Made by a program: the position numbers and the translations under genes. Shown piece by piece: positions 17,249-26,081 of a DNA stretch of 50,042 nt. The stretch is taken from NCBI GenBank assembly GCA_038058095.1, contig JBBUBW010000009.1, forward strand, positions 1-50,042. The letters are read 5' to 3'. The DNA comes from Patescibacteria group bacterium. GTDB lineage: Bacteria; Patescibacteriota; Minisyncoccia; UBA6257; 2-01-FULL-56-20. The first letter of the stretch is position 1; each line of letters opens with the position of its first letter. The notes under the pieces were generated by a model. It saw nothing but the letters and a program-made list of their open reading frames with translations. It ran no database searches and was not told the DNA's origin.

Positions 17249-17944
17249 TTAAAATCTTAGAGTTATATTTTTCGACGCCATTTCAAAAATATTTCTAGGG
17301 TTTTTTACATTTAAAGATATACTAATAGTCGTTCCTTGCACGGGTATTTGCCGGAAAGTCACATTCAGCACCTTCGGGTCCCCCGAGGCCTCCGGACTTT
17401 GGTCGTTTATTTTCCACTCAAAACCAAGATTATCAGGATTTTTCGTGTTAAAAAAATAAGGCAGTGCTTCAAACCAAACTCTGGAGTCCCGAAGCTTTCC
17501 TCCAGGGAAAGGGACGGGAATCACCACCTCGGGCTTCACTGAAAGAATCTCCACGCTTTTAATCAATGTTTGTCCCAAATAGTCGTTTACCGTGATTCGT
17601 GCTACCTGTCTGCCAACCCCGCTCGCTCGAAAAGTTATCTCCTGGAGTCCGGCGCCTCCTTTAAAAAAGTCGTCGTTTACATACCAATAAATATCATTTT
17701 TTGAAAGATTCACTATTCTTCCGCGGTCAATCATTTCAAAAGACACCGTTATTGAGGATTTATCCGTCGGCAATATTTTACCGGAGAATTCAGCCGGAGC
17801 ATAAGAGCGAGCCTTCCATGTAAACATAAATTCCGGCTCCGTCGCTTGAGCACGCACATTTATTAGCCCATAAAACAAACTGCCGGCTAAAAAAATTATT
17901 GCCAGAGCGGTTCTAAAAAATTGTTTAAAAAGCACCGCTTTCAT
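17249..17944 (-). CDS. secreted hypothetical protein
   Basis: 231 aa with a signal-peptide-like N-terminus ending ...VRAQA. It lies in the operon. Confidence 0.5.
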   Translation of the reverse strand: MKAVLFKQFFRTALAIIFLAGSLFYGLINVRAQATEPEFMFTWKARSYAPAEFSGKILPTDKSSITVSFEMIDRGRIVNLSKNDIYWYVNDDFFKGGAGLQEITFRASGVGRQVARITVNDYLGQTLIKSVEILSVKPEVVIPVPFPGGKLRDSRVWFEALPYFFNTKNPDNLGFEWKINDQSPEASGDPKVLNVTFRQIPVQGTTISISLNVKNPRNIFEMASKNITLRF

Positions 17945-18094
17945 TTCTCCCGTTAATTATACCATTTTTGTTTTTTACTCCCAACAAACTCCGTAGGTCC
18001 GGTTTTGAACACCCACTCCCCAGGAGGAGTTTTTCAATTCATTTTCATTTTGACGCGCGCTTTTAGCTTTACATTTTACGTTCTTACGCCCCCC

Positions 18095-18751
18095 CTAGGC
18101 CGCTTGTTTGTACTGTTTTGCTTTTTCTTCATCCGATTCCGGCGACATAATATCTATTACTTCCGCAATCGATTCTTTTTTAACCCCGAGTTCCTCTTCT
18201 GTGACCTTATCTTTGGCTTTTCTCTCCTCTGTTTCCTGGGTTTGCCCCTCACCCCCTTCTCCTTCGAAAGCCGGGGAAACCGCGCCTCCAGGACGGCCTT
18301 CGCGAGTGCGCACCGGTAATGGCCCCCCTCCTTCTCCCTCGACACCCGACGGCATCGCTTGGCCCGCCTTTATTTGACCCCCCGCCTCCTTACCACCTAC
18401 TTTACCCTTCACTCCACCCTTTGCCGACGCCATCTTCTGCGCCGCGGTGGTTAATTTTGTTGGATGTCGGTCGAGGTAAACCGTCACTCCAAACCCAATA
18501 GTTTTAAGGGGCAAACCGCCAAGCCATGGGATAAGTTCTAATATCCACATCGCTACATACCAAGTCTGCCTAACTCCTCTAAACCAATAGTAAATTGCTA
18601 TTACACTGGCAAAAGTATCTAAAATCCAAAAATCGTCAAGAGCGAAAAAAAGCAGGACTAATTCGATTGCGTCAAAAAATAAGCAGATACCTCCAATAAG
18701 TATTACCTCTACATCAGAAATTTTCGGTTGTGGCTTCTCTTCCTCGTTCAT
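18095..18751 (-). CDS. membrane protein with a Gly/Glu/Lys-rich tail (hypothetical)
   Basis: 218 aa. The N-terminal half has about 3 hydrophobic segments and the C-terminal half is low complexity. Confidence 0.45.
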   Translation of the reverse strand: MNEEEKPQPKISDVEVILIGGICLFFDAIELVLLFFALDDFWILDTFASVIAIYYWFRGVRQTWYVAMWILELIPWLGGLPLKTIGFGVTVYLDRHPTKLTTAAQKMASAKGGVKGKVGGKEAGGQIKAGQAMPSGVEGEGGGPLPVRTREGRPGGAVSPAFEGEGGEGQTQETEERKAKDKVTEEELGVKKESIAEVIDIMSPESDEEKAKQYKQAA

Positions 18752-18859
18752 GATAGTTAGCTACAGAATACAGATGGCACCAGCCTAATATTCTAGAGAT
18801 TCTGCTATCTATTTTACATTCGTATATCCGTACTTTTTCCGTATTCCGTAGCCATATTT

Positions 18860-20572
18860 CTACGTTTTCTGCTCTAATAACTGTTGCGGGTTGGTGGTTA
18901 TAACCTGGTCTTCAAAATACGAAGCAATAATTTGAATTGCTACATGTTTTCGTCCGGCAAAAAACAATCCTGTCCCCACCTCTGCCGAAAGAAGCATATT
19001 TTTCTCCGCCTCGGTTAATCCGAAAGCTTTAGCCACCACATCAATTGTTGCTGGGGCCTGCTTCAAAAGCAATTGAATCGAAGAATTAGTAATAATCGGC
19101 CGTCCATAAGGAGATCGTAGAAAGTCCTCTACGTCTTGGGTAATCGTCGAAACTCCCAAAAAGTACTTTCTCGCCCGCTTTACCAGCCCAAATAAAAACG
19201 TGGCGCTGTCTTCATACTTCATCATCCACCACGCCTCATCAATAATTAAAAGTCTTTTCTTAAGTTGGGCCCGCGTGAGATTCCAAATAAAATTCAAAAT
19301 AATATACATCGCAATCGGCCGCAATTCTTCCTCCAAGTCTCTAATCGAGAAAGCGATGAGACGATTGCCAATGTCGATATTAGTCGCTTGGTTCACGAAC
19401 CCGGCGAAACTGCCTTTTGTGTATTTATACAAACGCTCTGCCATTCCCTTGCCTCCCTCCAAATTGCGTAATATCGTTTCAAGATCTTCTAGCAGCGGCG
19501 GGGAAGCTCCGGAAAAGTCTTCTCCAGGTACAATTTCGCGAGAGGCGTAAGTTTCGGTAATTGCTCGGTCGAGTAAAGCGTCCTCTTCCGCTGAAAGCTT
19601 GCCTAGCATCAATTTTAAAAGACCAGCCAAATTAACAATATGGGACCTAAGTACGTCCGACGGAGTTTCTCCCTCGGGCACAACCGGCACATCAAAAGGA
19701 TTAATATGTTCGTGCGAAGAAAGGGAGATATTGAAAAAACTTCCTCCAAACGCCTCGGTCATTTTCTGATATTCGTTTTCAGGGTCGATAATTAAAATAT
19801 CGACTCCAAGCATCAAATATCTGATAATCTCAAGCTTGGTAGCGTATGATTTTCCCGAACCGGATTTAGCGAAAACCACTTGGTTGGCATTTTCCAAAGA
19901 GAATCGGTCGAAAATAATCAAATTATTATTATGACGGTTGATGCCGTACATAATGCCTTGATTTGAGTTCAAGTCCTCCGATACAAACGGGAAAAACGAA
20001 GAAACCGGTCCCGAATTCATTGGTATTGTAACGTCAATTTTATCTTGCGCGAGCGGCAAAACCGAAAGCAGTCCCTCTAGTTGCTGGAAGAGGGCCGGTT
20101 TCATATAGATTAATTTCGCCTCCAAAATTGACTGGATCTTGCTTTCTAGTTTTGAAAGTTCTTCAAGATTGTCGCCGTAAATTGCGAGATAAACGCCAAC
20201 GCTAAAAAGTTTTTCTTGAGCTTGCTGTAGAGAATCGCGCAGACTCTCTACGTCTTGAAGCGCCGTCTCAAGTAGCGGATCTCTTACCAGCCCTTTATCT
20301 TGCTGGTCGCTGATTTGCGACTCTATTTGAGCTGATTTTTTGCGAAGGTTCTTAAGAGCCATCCCTGTGTCGATCGGATTAATAAAAGTGGAAACATCAA
20401 AAATATTCGGCAGGTTTATGAGCGGTTCGAACCACCCCGTCGAAAGATATCTGGGGTAAGAAAAGAAAAAAAACGTTTTCACATGCTTATCGCCAATCTT
20501 AAGGTAGTTCGAGCTTACCTGAACTCCGGCCGGCGCGATAATTTTTTTTGTGTCTTTAAAATCTTCCGCCAT
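18860..20572 (-). CDS. virB4: VirB4/TrbE-family T4SS ATPase (C-terminal ATPase part)
   Basis: Walker A AKSGSGKSY and Walker B LLIIDEAWWMM. Length and motif order match Gram-positive-type VirB4/TcpF/PrgJ ATPases. Confidence 0.8.
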   Translation of the reverse strand: MAEDFKDTKKIIAPAGVQVSSNYLKIGDKHVKTFFFFSYPRYLSTGWFEPLINLPNIFDVSTFINPIDTGMALKNLRKKSAQIESQISDQQDKGLVRDPLLETALQDVESLRDSLQQAQEKLFSVGVYLAIYGDNLEELSKLESKIQSILEAKLIYMKPALFQQLEGLLSVLPLAQDKIDVTIPMNSGPVSSFFPFVSEDLNSNQGIMYGINRHNNNLIIFDRFSLENANQVVFAKSGSGKSYATKLEIIRYLMLGVDILIIDPENEYQKMTEAFGGSFFNISLSSHEHINPFDVPVVPEGETPSDVLRSHIVNLAGLLKLMLGKLSAEEDALLDRAITETYASREIVPGEDFSGASPPLLEDLETILRNLEGGKGMAERLYKYTKGSFAGFVNQATNIDIGNRLIAFSIRDLEEELRPIAMYIILNFIWNLTRAQLKKRLLIIDEAWWMMKYEDSATFLFGLVKRARKYFLGVSTITQDVEDFLRSPYGRPIITNSSIQLLLKQAPATIDVVAKAFGLTEAEKNMLLSAEVGTGLFFAGRKHVAIQIIASYFEDQVITTNPQQLLEQKT

Positions 20573-21286
20573 TTATTTTTTTTCTTCGCTAGTTTTAGTC
20601 TCCATGCGCTCTGAGGGGATAGCCGACATCTCCTTTTCCACCGTTTCCGGGTTATAAAAATTATAAAAAAGTTCAATGAGCGCTTGGTTGTCTAGTGGCA
20701 CCGCCTCAATGCCGAATGTAGCCAGTCCCTCAACCACTTGGGCTGTTCTCTGGGTGATTTGGTTTAAGTTCTCCTGGAATTCCAAATCAGCCGCCTTCTC
20801 TTCTTTCTTTTCTTTTTCCTCTTTTCCCCCTTTGTTTAAAAAAGGAAATAGCTTAGAAATTCCGGAAATAGTGTCCCTGGTTGGGAGCTTACTCGAAGAA
20901 AAAGGAATTATCACCAAAAAAGTTTTCTCCATAATCGCATTGTCTTTCACAAACCCCCTCACGTATTGAATATATTCAGAGATTTGGCTCTGGATCAAGG
21001 CTGACGGCTCCCGCTCCCTTCGAAGTTCGAGGCCAGCTAAATATTTCTCAATGTTAATTTTTCTGGAATGGATCATAATCTGAATCGGGAAATCTAAACC
21101 ATTTAAAAAGTTCTTGTAGCCATTAGAAATAATATCTAGTTCCGTTTCGGCCATTAACGCCGTATTGATGCCCGAAACCATCACCACCTGCCTTAAGGCG
21201 CCGCTTTTCAAAATCGCCACCCCTTCTTTAATTTCTTCGATATCAACTAAATCCTGAGTATTTGCTAGTTGTTTATTGAGGGCCAT
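20573..21286 (-). CDS. VirB4 N-terminal-domain-like protein (split VirB4)
   Basis: 237 aa. Its stop abuts the ATG of the ATPase ORF. The pattern ...IEEIKEGVAILKSGALRQVVMVSGIN... resembles the N-terminal domain of VirB4. Combined, 237+570 aa is about the VirB4 size I recall (~800 aa). Confidence 0.45.
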   Translation of the reverse strand: MALNKQLANTQDLVDIEEIKEGVAILKSGALRQVVMVSGINTALMAETELDIISNGYKNFLNGLDFPIQIMIHSRKINIEKYLAGLELRREREPSALIQSQISEYIQYVRGFVKDNAIMEKTFLVIIPFSSSKLPTRDTISGISKLFPFLNKGGKEEKEKKEEKAADLEFQENLNQITQRTAQVVEGLATFGIEAVPLDNQALIELFYNFYNPETVEKEMSAIPSERMETKTSEEKK

Positions 21287-21296
21287 ATTAATGAAA

Positions 21297-21326
21297 TTTT
21301 AGGTGTTAGGTTGTGGGTTTTAGAAC
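21297..21326. repeat. AGGT-rich block E1 (TTTTAGGTGTTAGGTTGTGGGTTTTAGAAC)
   Basis: Inverted with respect to E2. About 24 of 29 positions match the reverse complement of 21773-21803. Confidence 0.7.
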
Positions 21327-21363
21327 TCTATTAAGTAAATTATACGCTAAAAAATAATTTTTC

Positions 21364-21732
21364 TTAAGTTCTTTCTCTCAACTTCAGCTCTAGCTTAGAT
21401 ATAAGAACATTTAGCATTTTTTGAACCTCCAATAGCAAGTTCTCGGTCTCTGTATAATTTAAATTCGAGTAAAGTCTTCTTGCAATAATAATCTGAGTTT
21501 CTAATTCTGACGCCGATCCTTCTGATACGCGGAGAAAGTGTAGGTATTCAGGCAAACCCTTCCTACGTGAACCTTCTGCTATATTTGACGGGATAGACAC
21601 TGCCGCTCTGCGCATTTGCGAGACCAATCCATATTGTTCGTCCTTCGGAAAACTAATAGTTAATTTATATACTTGTTCTACTAAAGTAATTGCCTTTTGC
21701 CAAACAATTAGTTCTTTATAAGACTTTAGCAT
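21364..21732 (-). CDS. four-helix-bundle protein (23S rRNA intervening-sequence protein family, TIGR02436-like)
   Basis: 122 aa. The segment YKELIVWQKA...L...MRRAAVSIPSNIAEG...SELETQ is the canonical family pattern. Confidence 0.85.
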   Translation of the reverse strand: MLKSYKELIVWQKAITLVEQVYKLTISFPKDEQYGLVSQMRRAAVSIPSNIAEGSRRKGLPEYLHFLRVSEGSASELETQIIIARRLYSNLNYTETENLLLEVQKMLNVLISKLELKLRERT

Positions 21733-21772
21733 TTTTTCTACAACCTGCCACCCAGTATTAACCCAACTTTTT

Positions 21773-21807
21773 TATCTATAACCTACAACCCATCACCTAA
21801 AACCTAA
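21773..21807. repeat. ACCT-rich block E2 (TATCTATAACCTACAACCCATCACCTAAAACCTAA)
   Basis: Near-identical to the block at 29453-29486. It is the inverted partner of E1. Confidence 0.7.
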
Positions 21808-22316
21808 TAACGATAATCCACCCTCCTGGCCGCCTGCCTCTCTCCTGTAATTTTCTCAAAAACCTGATAACGCTCTTTGATTTTTTGCGAAAAATCTTGA
21901 GCGTTAATTAGACCTTGCTTAGTGCCAGTCTGAAGTTTCTGCCACGTATTTTTTAAGGACGCGCCCGCGATAATGCTTTCGAGCGAAAATCCAGGTTTCG
22001 CAAGCTTCATAATTTCCTCACTTTTCGTTACTTGAGGGTTCTCCGGCTGCCAAACAAAAGTTTGGGGTTGCCAATAAAATTTCATGCCCGATAAAAGAAT
22101 TTTCGAAAGCGGCCGGCCGTTAATTTTTATAAATGCCATCGAGAGACCGAGTCCCCCGACAAAAAGCATAATAATCAACCATAACCAAAAAACTATAATG
22201 AAAAAAAGAGCAAAACCAACCGCCGCCACAGCGCCAAGGTAAAAAAACTGCTTAAGTGAGAGGGGGCCGATAATCTTATCCTCCGTCTCTATAAACTGAG
22301 GAACTTGGAATTGCAT
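21804..22316 (-). CDS. PrgI family (VirB3-like) T4SS membrane protein
   Basis: 170 aa. The N-terminus MQFQVPQFIETEDKIIGPLSLKQFFYLG followed by two TM helices matches the PrgI-family pattern. Confidence 0.6.
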   Translation of the reverse strand: MQFQVPQFIETEDKIIGPLSLKQFFYLGAVAAVGFALFFIIVFWLWLIIMLFVGGLGLSMAFIKINGRPLSKILLSGMKFYWQPQTFVWQPENPQVTKSEEIMKLAKPGFSLESIIAGASLKNTWQKLQTGTKQGLINAQDFSQKIKERYQVFEKITGERQAARRVDYRY

Positions 22317-22373
22317 GTTAAAAAATTAAATATAAAACATCAAAAATTAAAATGACAGATTAAATATCAAAAA

Positions 22374-22745
22374 TCACTTCCGCCCCTTCAAGGTTAGTAT
22401 ACTCGAAGCAATAATTTTTGATATCTCAATAATTTCTTCTAGTAGTTGGTCTAATGCCGCCTTGTCGCCCTTTCCAGTATCTCTCAGCAACGTTAACCAA
22501 ACCTTAGATTCATTCGCGGATTTTAAAGAATAATTAAAAAAATTAGTAAAATCCCTCCGCGAGCTTGCTGAAGATGCCTCTATGTAATTAGCCAAAACAC
22601 TGGTACCGCTTCGTAGGAGTTGCTTCCCCATAACTTCGCAAATAGAATCCTTAGGCAACTTATCAATAAATTTAACCAAATCTAAAGCCCAAGAGTAAAG
22701 GCGTTTCTTGAAATCATTTTTAAATTTTGAGTTGTCATTTTTCAC
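22374..22745 (-). CDS. four-helix-bundle protein (23S IVS protein family)
   Basis: 123 aa with ...GKQLLRSGTSVLANYIEA...F...SLKSANESKVWL. The GTG start overlaps the upstream stop (GTGA). Confidence 0.8.
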   Translation of the reverse strand: MKNDNSKFKNDFKKRLYSWALDLVKFIDKLPKDSICEVMGKQLLRSGTSVLANYIEASSASSRRDFTNFFNYSLKSANESKVWLTLLRDTGKGDKAALDQLLEEIIEISKIIASSILTLKGRK

Positions 22746-24457
22746 TTTGATTTTTCATCTTTTATTTTAGTTAGTGAACTCAAATCAATCATTTCTTCGC
22801 TTGGCGGCAAATTTGTTTTTTGGGGTTCAGGTGGAATCTCTTTCTCTCTAATATCAAAGGTTTTTTGTGGAGGCATGTTTGGAGTAATTTGAGGGAACGG
22901 TTGGGTGGTTATTTTAGGTTGGGGAATTGTTTCCGAAACGGGTCTCGGTTGGGGCGAACGGGGAATTGGCGGAGTAGGAGGGATAAAAGATATTTCTTTT
23001 GATGAGGTTTCTGGTTTTTTTGAAAAAATAGAGCGGAGCCAGCTGGAATGCTTTTCCTCCGGCTTTGAAAACATCGAATTAAGATTCGCTGGCCTGCCCT
23101 CTGGAGGCATCAAGTCGGTGCCATAATTTACTGTCGCTATTTTTTGCGGTCCTTGATTTTTTTGAGGCGCAGGCATTTGAGGGAAAACTGGTGCTGTGGG
23201 CGTTTGCACCCTTACTGGACTCGGCATTGGCATCTCTGGTCTTACAACTGGGGAGGGGGGTGGAAATGACGGCGCTTTAGGTACTGAAGCGCCGGGCGGG
23301 TTCTCGAGGGGTGTCTGAAAAGTATTGTAATGAACCACCCTCGGAGGTTTTATTACATCTGTTTTAGCTAAAGTTTCCGGCAATTGTTTTCCTCCTCCAA
23401 ATTCAACTCTTACTGCGAGCCGGCCCTCGTTTTTAGAAGTAGGGGAGCTAAATTGCGAAGACGGCGGTTCTAAATGAAATGATGACATTGGTCTAATCGG
23501 TTCCTGATCTGATTCTTGATGGATAATCACCGGCCCAGTTCCATAGTCTAAAGAACCAGCCGGCTTTTCTTGCATTGGGGGCCTAGGAGCTTGGAATGGG
23601 GGAGTCGTAGACAGTTTCGGTGTAAGGGAACTTGGAAACGGCGGGGCGGTCGCAGTTTTAGTAGTTTCTTTTTTCTTCAAAACATCCACTAACTCCGCTC
23701 CTGAATGCTCGAGCTTTTTAATCTCCTCTACAATTCCCATCGGGCTCTCGCCGGTATCTTTAAAGGTATTAACTGGTGGCCTTATCTCGGTTGTGGCTGG
23801 TCGGGCTGGCGCGCTAGGCGAAGACGGTCTAAAAATCGGCGCCGGTTTCGGCGGTTCCATTTCTCTAACTGCCATTCGGTTCGATCCCAAATCTCCTAGC
23901 CCTTGCCCACTAAGTTCTTCCATCATTTTAGGTCTCGGTATCCCTCCGGCTTGAGGCGGTTGCGGCGCTGCGGACGGTTTCCATTGAGGCGTGGCCGGTT
24001 TCTCGGCTACAGTTTTTTTCTGCGCCAAATCAGCATCCTCCGCAATCATCACCGGCCGAGGCGGCATCGGCTTTGATGATTCAGGACTTAATATTCTTGG
24101 CTTATCCGAAGCTCCTATAATTGGTCTATAATTCTTTTCAAGCTCTTCTTTCAAAGGGCCAAAGACTTTACTGTCAATTTCATCAGCTAATGATTTCGAG
24201 AGTTTATGGTTATTCAAAACTAAAGCCTCGTCAATTTCTCTCGCCAAATCTTCAAGATGGATAAACCCAAATATAATCAAAGCCACTAGTTGCTGTATTA
24301 TTAATATCTTTTCTTCGTCGACAAGGTGGTGATTTTGGCAGATCTTTACCACTGCCTGATAAGATTGCTTGTTACTCAAAAGATCTCGAAGTTTCGCCGG
24401 TAGCGAATCAAATCTTTTCTTTAATTCATTTTCAGTTATTAGTTCTAATTGAATCAT
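22742..24457 (-). CDS. proline-rich low-complexity protein with a ~120-aa structured N-terminus (hypothetical)
   Basis: 571 aa. After about residue 120 the sequence is dominated by P/S/T/A/Q. Confidence 0.5.
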   Translation of the reverse strand: MIQLELITENELKKRFDSLPAKLRDLLSNKQSYQAVVKICQNHHLVDEEKILIIQQLVALIIFGFIHLEDLAREIDEALVLNNHKLSKSLADEIDSKVFGPLKEELEKNYRPIIGASDKPRILSPESSKPMPPRPVMIAEDADLAQKKTVAEKPATPQWKPSAAPQPPQAGGIPRPKMMEELSGQGLGDLGSNRMAVREMEPPKPAPIFRPSSPSAPARPATTEIRPPVNTFKDTGESPMGIVEEIKKLEHSGAELVDVLKKKETTKTATAPPFPSSLTPKLSTTPPFQAPRPPMQEKPAGSLDYGTGPVIIHQESDQEPIRPMSSFHLEPPSSQFSSPTSKNEGRLAVRVEFGGGKQLPETLAKTDVIKPPRVVHYNTFQTPLENPPGASVPKAPSFPPPSPVVRPEMPMPSPVRVQTPTAPVFPQMPAPQKNQGPQKIATVNYGTDLMPPEGRPANLNSMFSKPEEKHSSWLRSIFSKKPETSSKEISFIPPTPPIPRSPQPRPVSETIPQPKITTQPFPQITPNMPPQKTFDIREKEIPPEPQKTNLPPSEEMIDLSSLTKIKDEKSK

Positions 24458-24466
24458 TTTTTAAAA

Positions 24467-26056
24467 TTAGCTTTCTAGTTCTTTCCAAATCGTGGGTATC
24501 ACCACGCAACTAGTACAATCACGTATCGGTTTCTTAGTGCTCCTCTCTACGTGATGGCAATTTTGGCATTCCCAATCTCTAACTTTATTACCTTTAAACA
24601 ACCCCGAACCTTCTTTCATTCCTTTATACGCCGCGCCGCCAAAAGTAACTTTCGCGCTATCTTTGCCGAATTGAGTTAAATCATTAAAAGTTTCATTAGG
24701 CAATATCTTTACCGATGCCCGATACGCCACTCTTTGCACCGGTGCGGTAAACTTTCTCCCAAACCTCCCAAGCGCTGCTCTTATCCCCGGCGCTGGGGGC
24801 CCCATTGTTGGAGGCGCCGGGGGTTTAGTCAAAAACCTAGCTATCCCCCCCCCAGTTTTCGCCCCCGCCCACTTCCTAGCACCCTTAGAAAAACCCTTCA
24901 TCGCTCCCATCCCCGCCTTTGCCCCAACAATACTTAACTGATTCGCCACATAAAGTCCTCCCATCGTAATCCCCACAATAATAATCATATTCATAAAACC
25001 CTGGATGGGTGCCGAAAGAGGGCTCCCTAGGAAACTAGAGATTCCGGCGAAAATGTTGTTTTTACCCGGACTGGAAAAGGCGGTCAAATCCATAGTCCCA
25101 CCTTGCCCCAAACTCATTTCTCTGCTGGTTAAAATCGCTAAATAAAGGAAGAAAACCACCAGTGGCGCGAAGAAGACCTGTTTCAAAAATTGGCTCCACC
25201 ATTTTGACCAATTAGAACTAAGTCCTGGGAAAATCCACAAAAGCCAGGCAAACGGCATAACAATCAAAAGGATGCCCAGAGCCACATACCGGTAGAGGAG
25301 CATAAATATAAACACCGCTAAAGTAATTACTATAGCCGCGAGCGAAAAAACCACAAAAGCCAAAGAAGCAATCGGTAGAAGTAACTTCCCTAGCCCTTCT
25401 CCGTTCGCCGCCGCAATTCCCGATAGCTTTTCCGTATCCTCGACGGTTAAACTATTCAGCCCATTTTCAAGCATAATTCCCTTTTGCGGGTTAAACGCCC
25501 CGGCTAGTCCGGAAGCGAAAGCGTTGAATTGCGAACCGCTTTCCGTCGGGTTCACTTGTCTTAAGAAGTAAAGCGTAAATTGGTCTGCGAAATTAATAAT
25601 TGCTCCCGCGAAAACCAAACTGAAATTTACCAAAAGCGCCGCCACCACCAGTTTCCAGAGAATCTGCTTAATGCCGTATCCCGACCAGCGCAAAATTGTG
25701 GCGATGGCGATTACTATTATCGCCGCCGTAAACCCTAAATTGGCGATTGAAAGCGCCACCGGAAATCCAAAATGAACCGGCGGCGAGTTTACTATCTGGG
25801 TGTTGATATTTAAGACTACCTCAATTAGCCACGCCTCAACCCCCACTACTAGTCCCATCACGCTGCTGACAATATAGGAAATTCCGAAAACAAGCTTCCC
25901 GACTACCGTATAAGCTAAATCGCTAAACCAACTGGATTGGGCGTGAGTTACCTGCGGCACAAGCAAAAGCGCCAAAACTAAAACTCCAAAAATCACTCGC
26001 CATTTCGTAGGAATTTTAATCAATCGGTCAATAATTTTTTCCTTCAAAAATTTCAT
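24467..26056 (-). CDS. polytopic membrane protein, VirB6/TrbL-like by context, with a C-terminal CxxC...CxxC tail
   Basis: 529 aa with about 8 hydrophobic segments. The tail reads CQNCHHVERSTKKPIRDCTSC. The assignment rests on topology and neighbourhood only. Confidence 0.4.
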   Translation of the reverse strand: MKFLKEKIIDRLIKIPTKWRVIFGVLVLALLLVPQVTHAQSSWFSDLAYTVVGKLVFGISYIVSSVMGLVVGVEAWLIEVVLNINTQIVNSPPVHFGFPVALSIANLGFTAAIIVIAIATILRWSGYGIKQILWKLVVAALLVNFSLVFAGAIINFADQFTLYFLRQVNPTESGSQFNAFASGLAGAFNPQKGIMLENGLNSLTVEDTEKLSGIAAANGEGLGKLLLPIASLAFVVFSLAAIVITLAVFIFMLLYRYVALGILLIVMPFAWLLWIFPGLSSNWSKWWSQFLKQVFFAPLVVFFLYLAILTSREMSLGQGGTMDLTAFSSPGKNNIFAGISSFLGSPLSAPIQGFMNMIIIVGITMGGLYVANQLSIVGAKAGMGAMKGFSKGARKWAGAKTGGGIARFLTKPPAPPTMGPPAPGIRAALGRFGRKFTAPVQRVAYRASVKILPNETFNDLTQFGKDSAKVTFGGAAYKGMKEGSGLFKGNKVRDWECQNCHHVERSTKKPIRDCTSCVVIPTIWKELES

Positions 26057-26081
26057 TTCTCGAATAGGGCTTTAACTAAAT

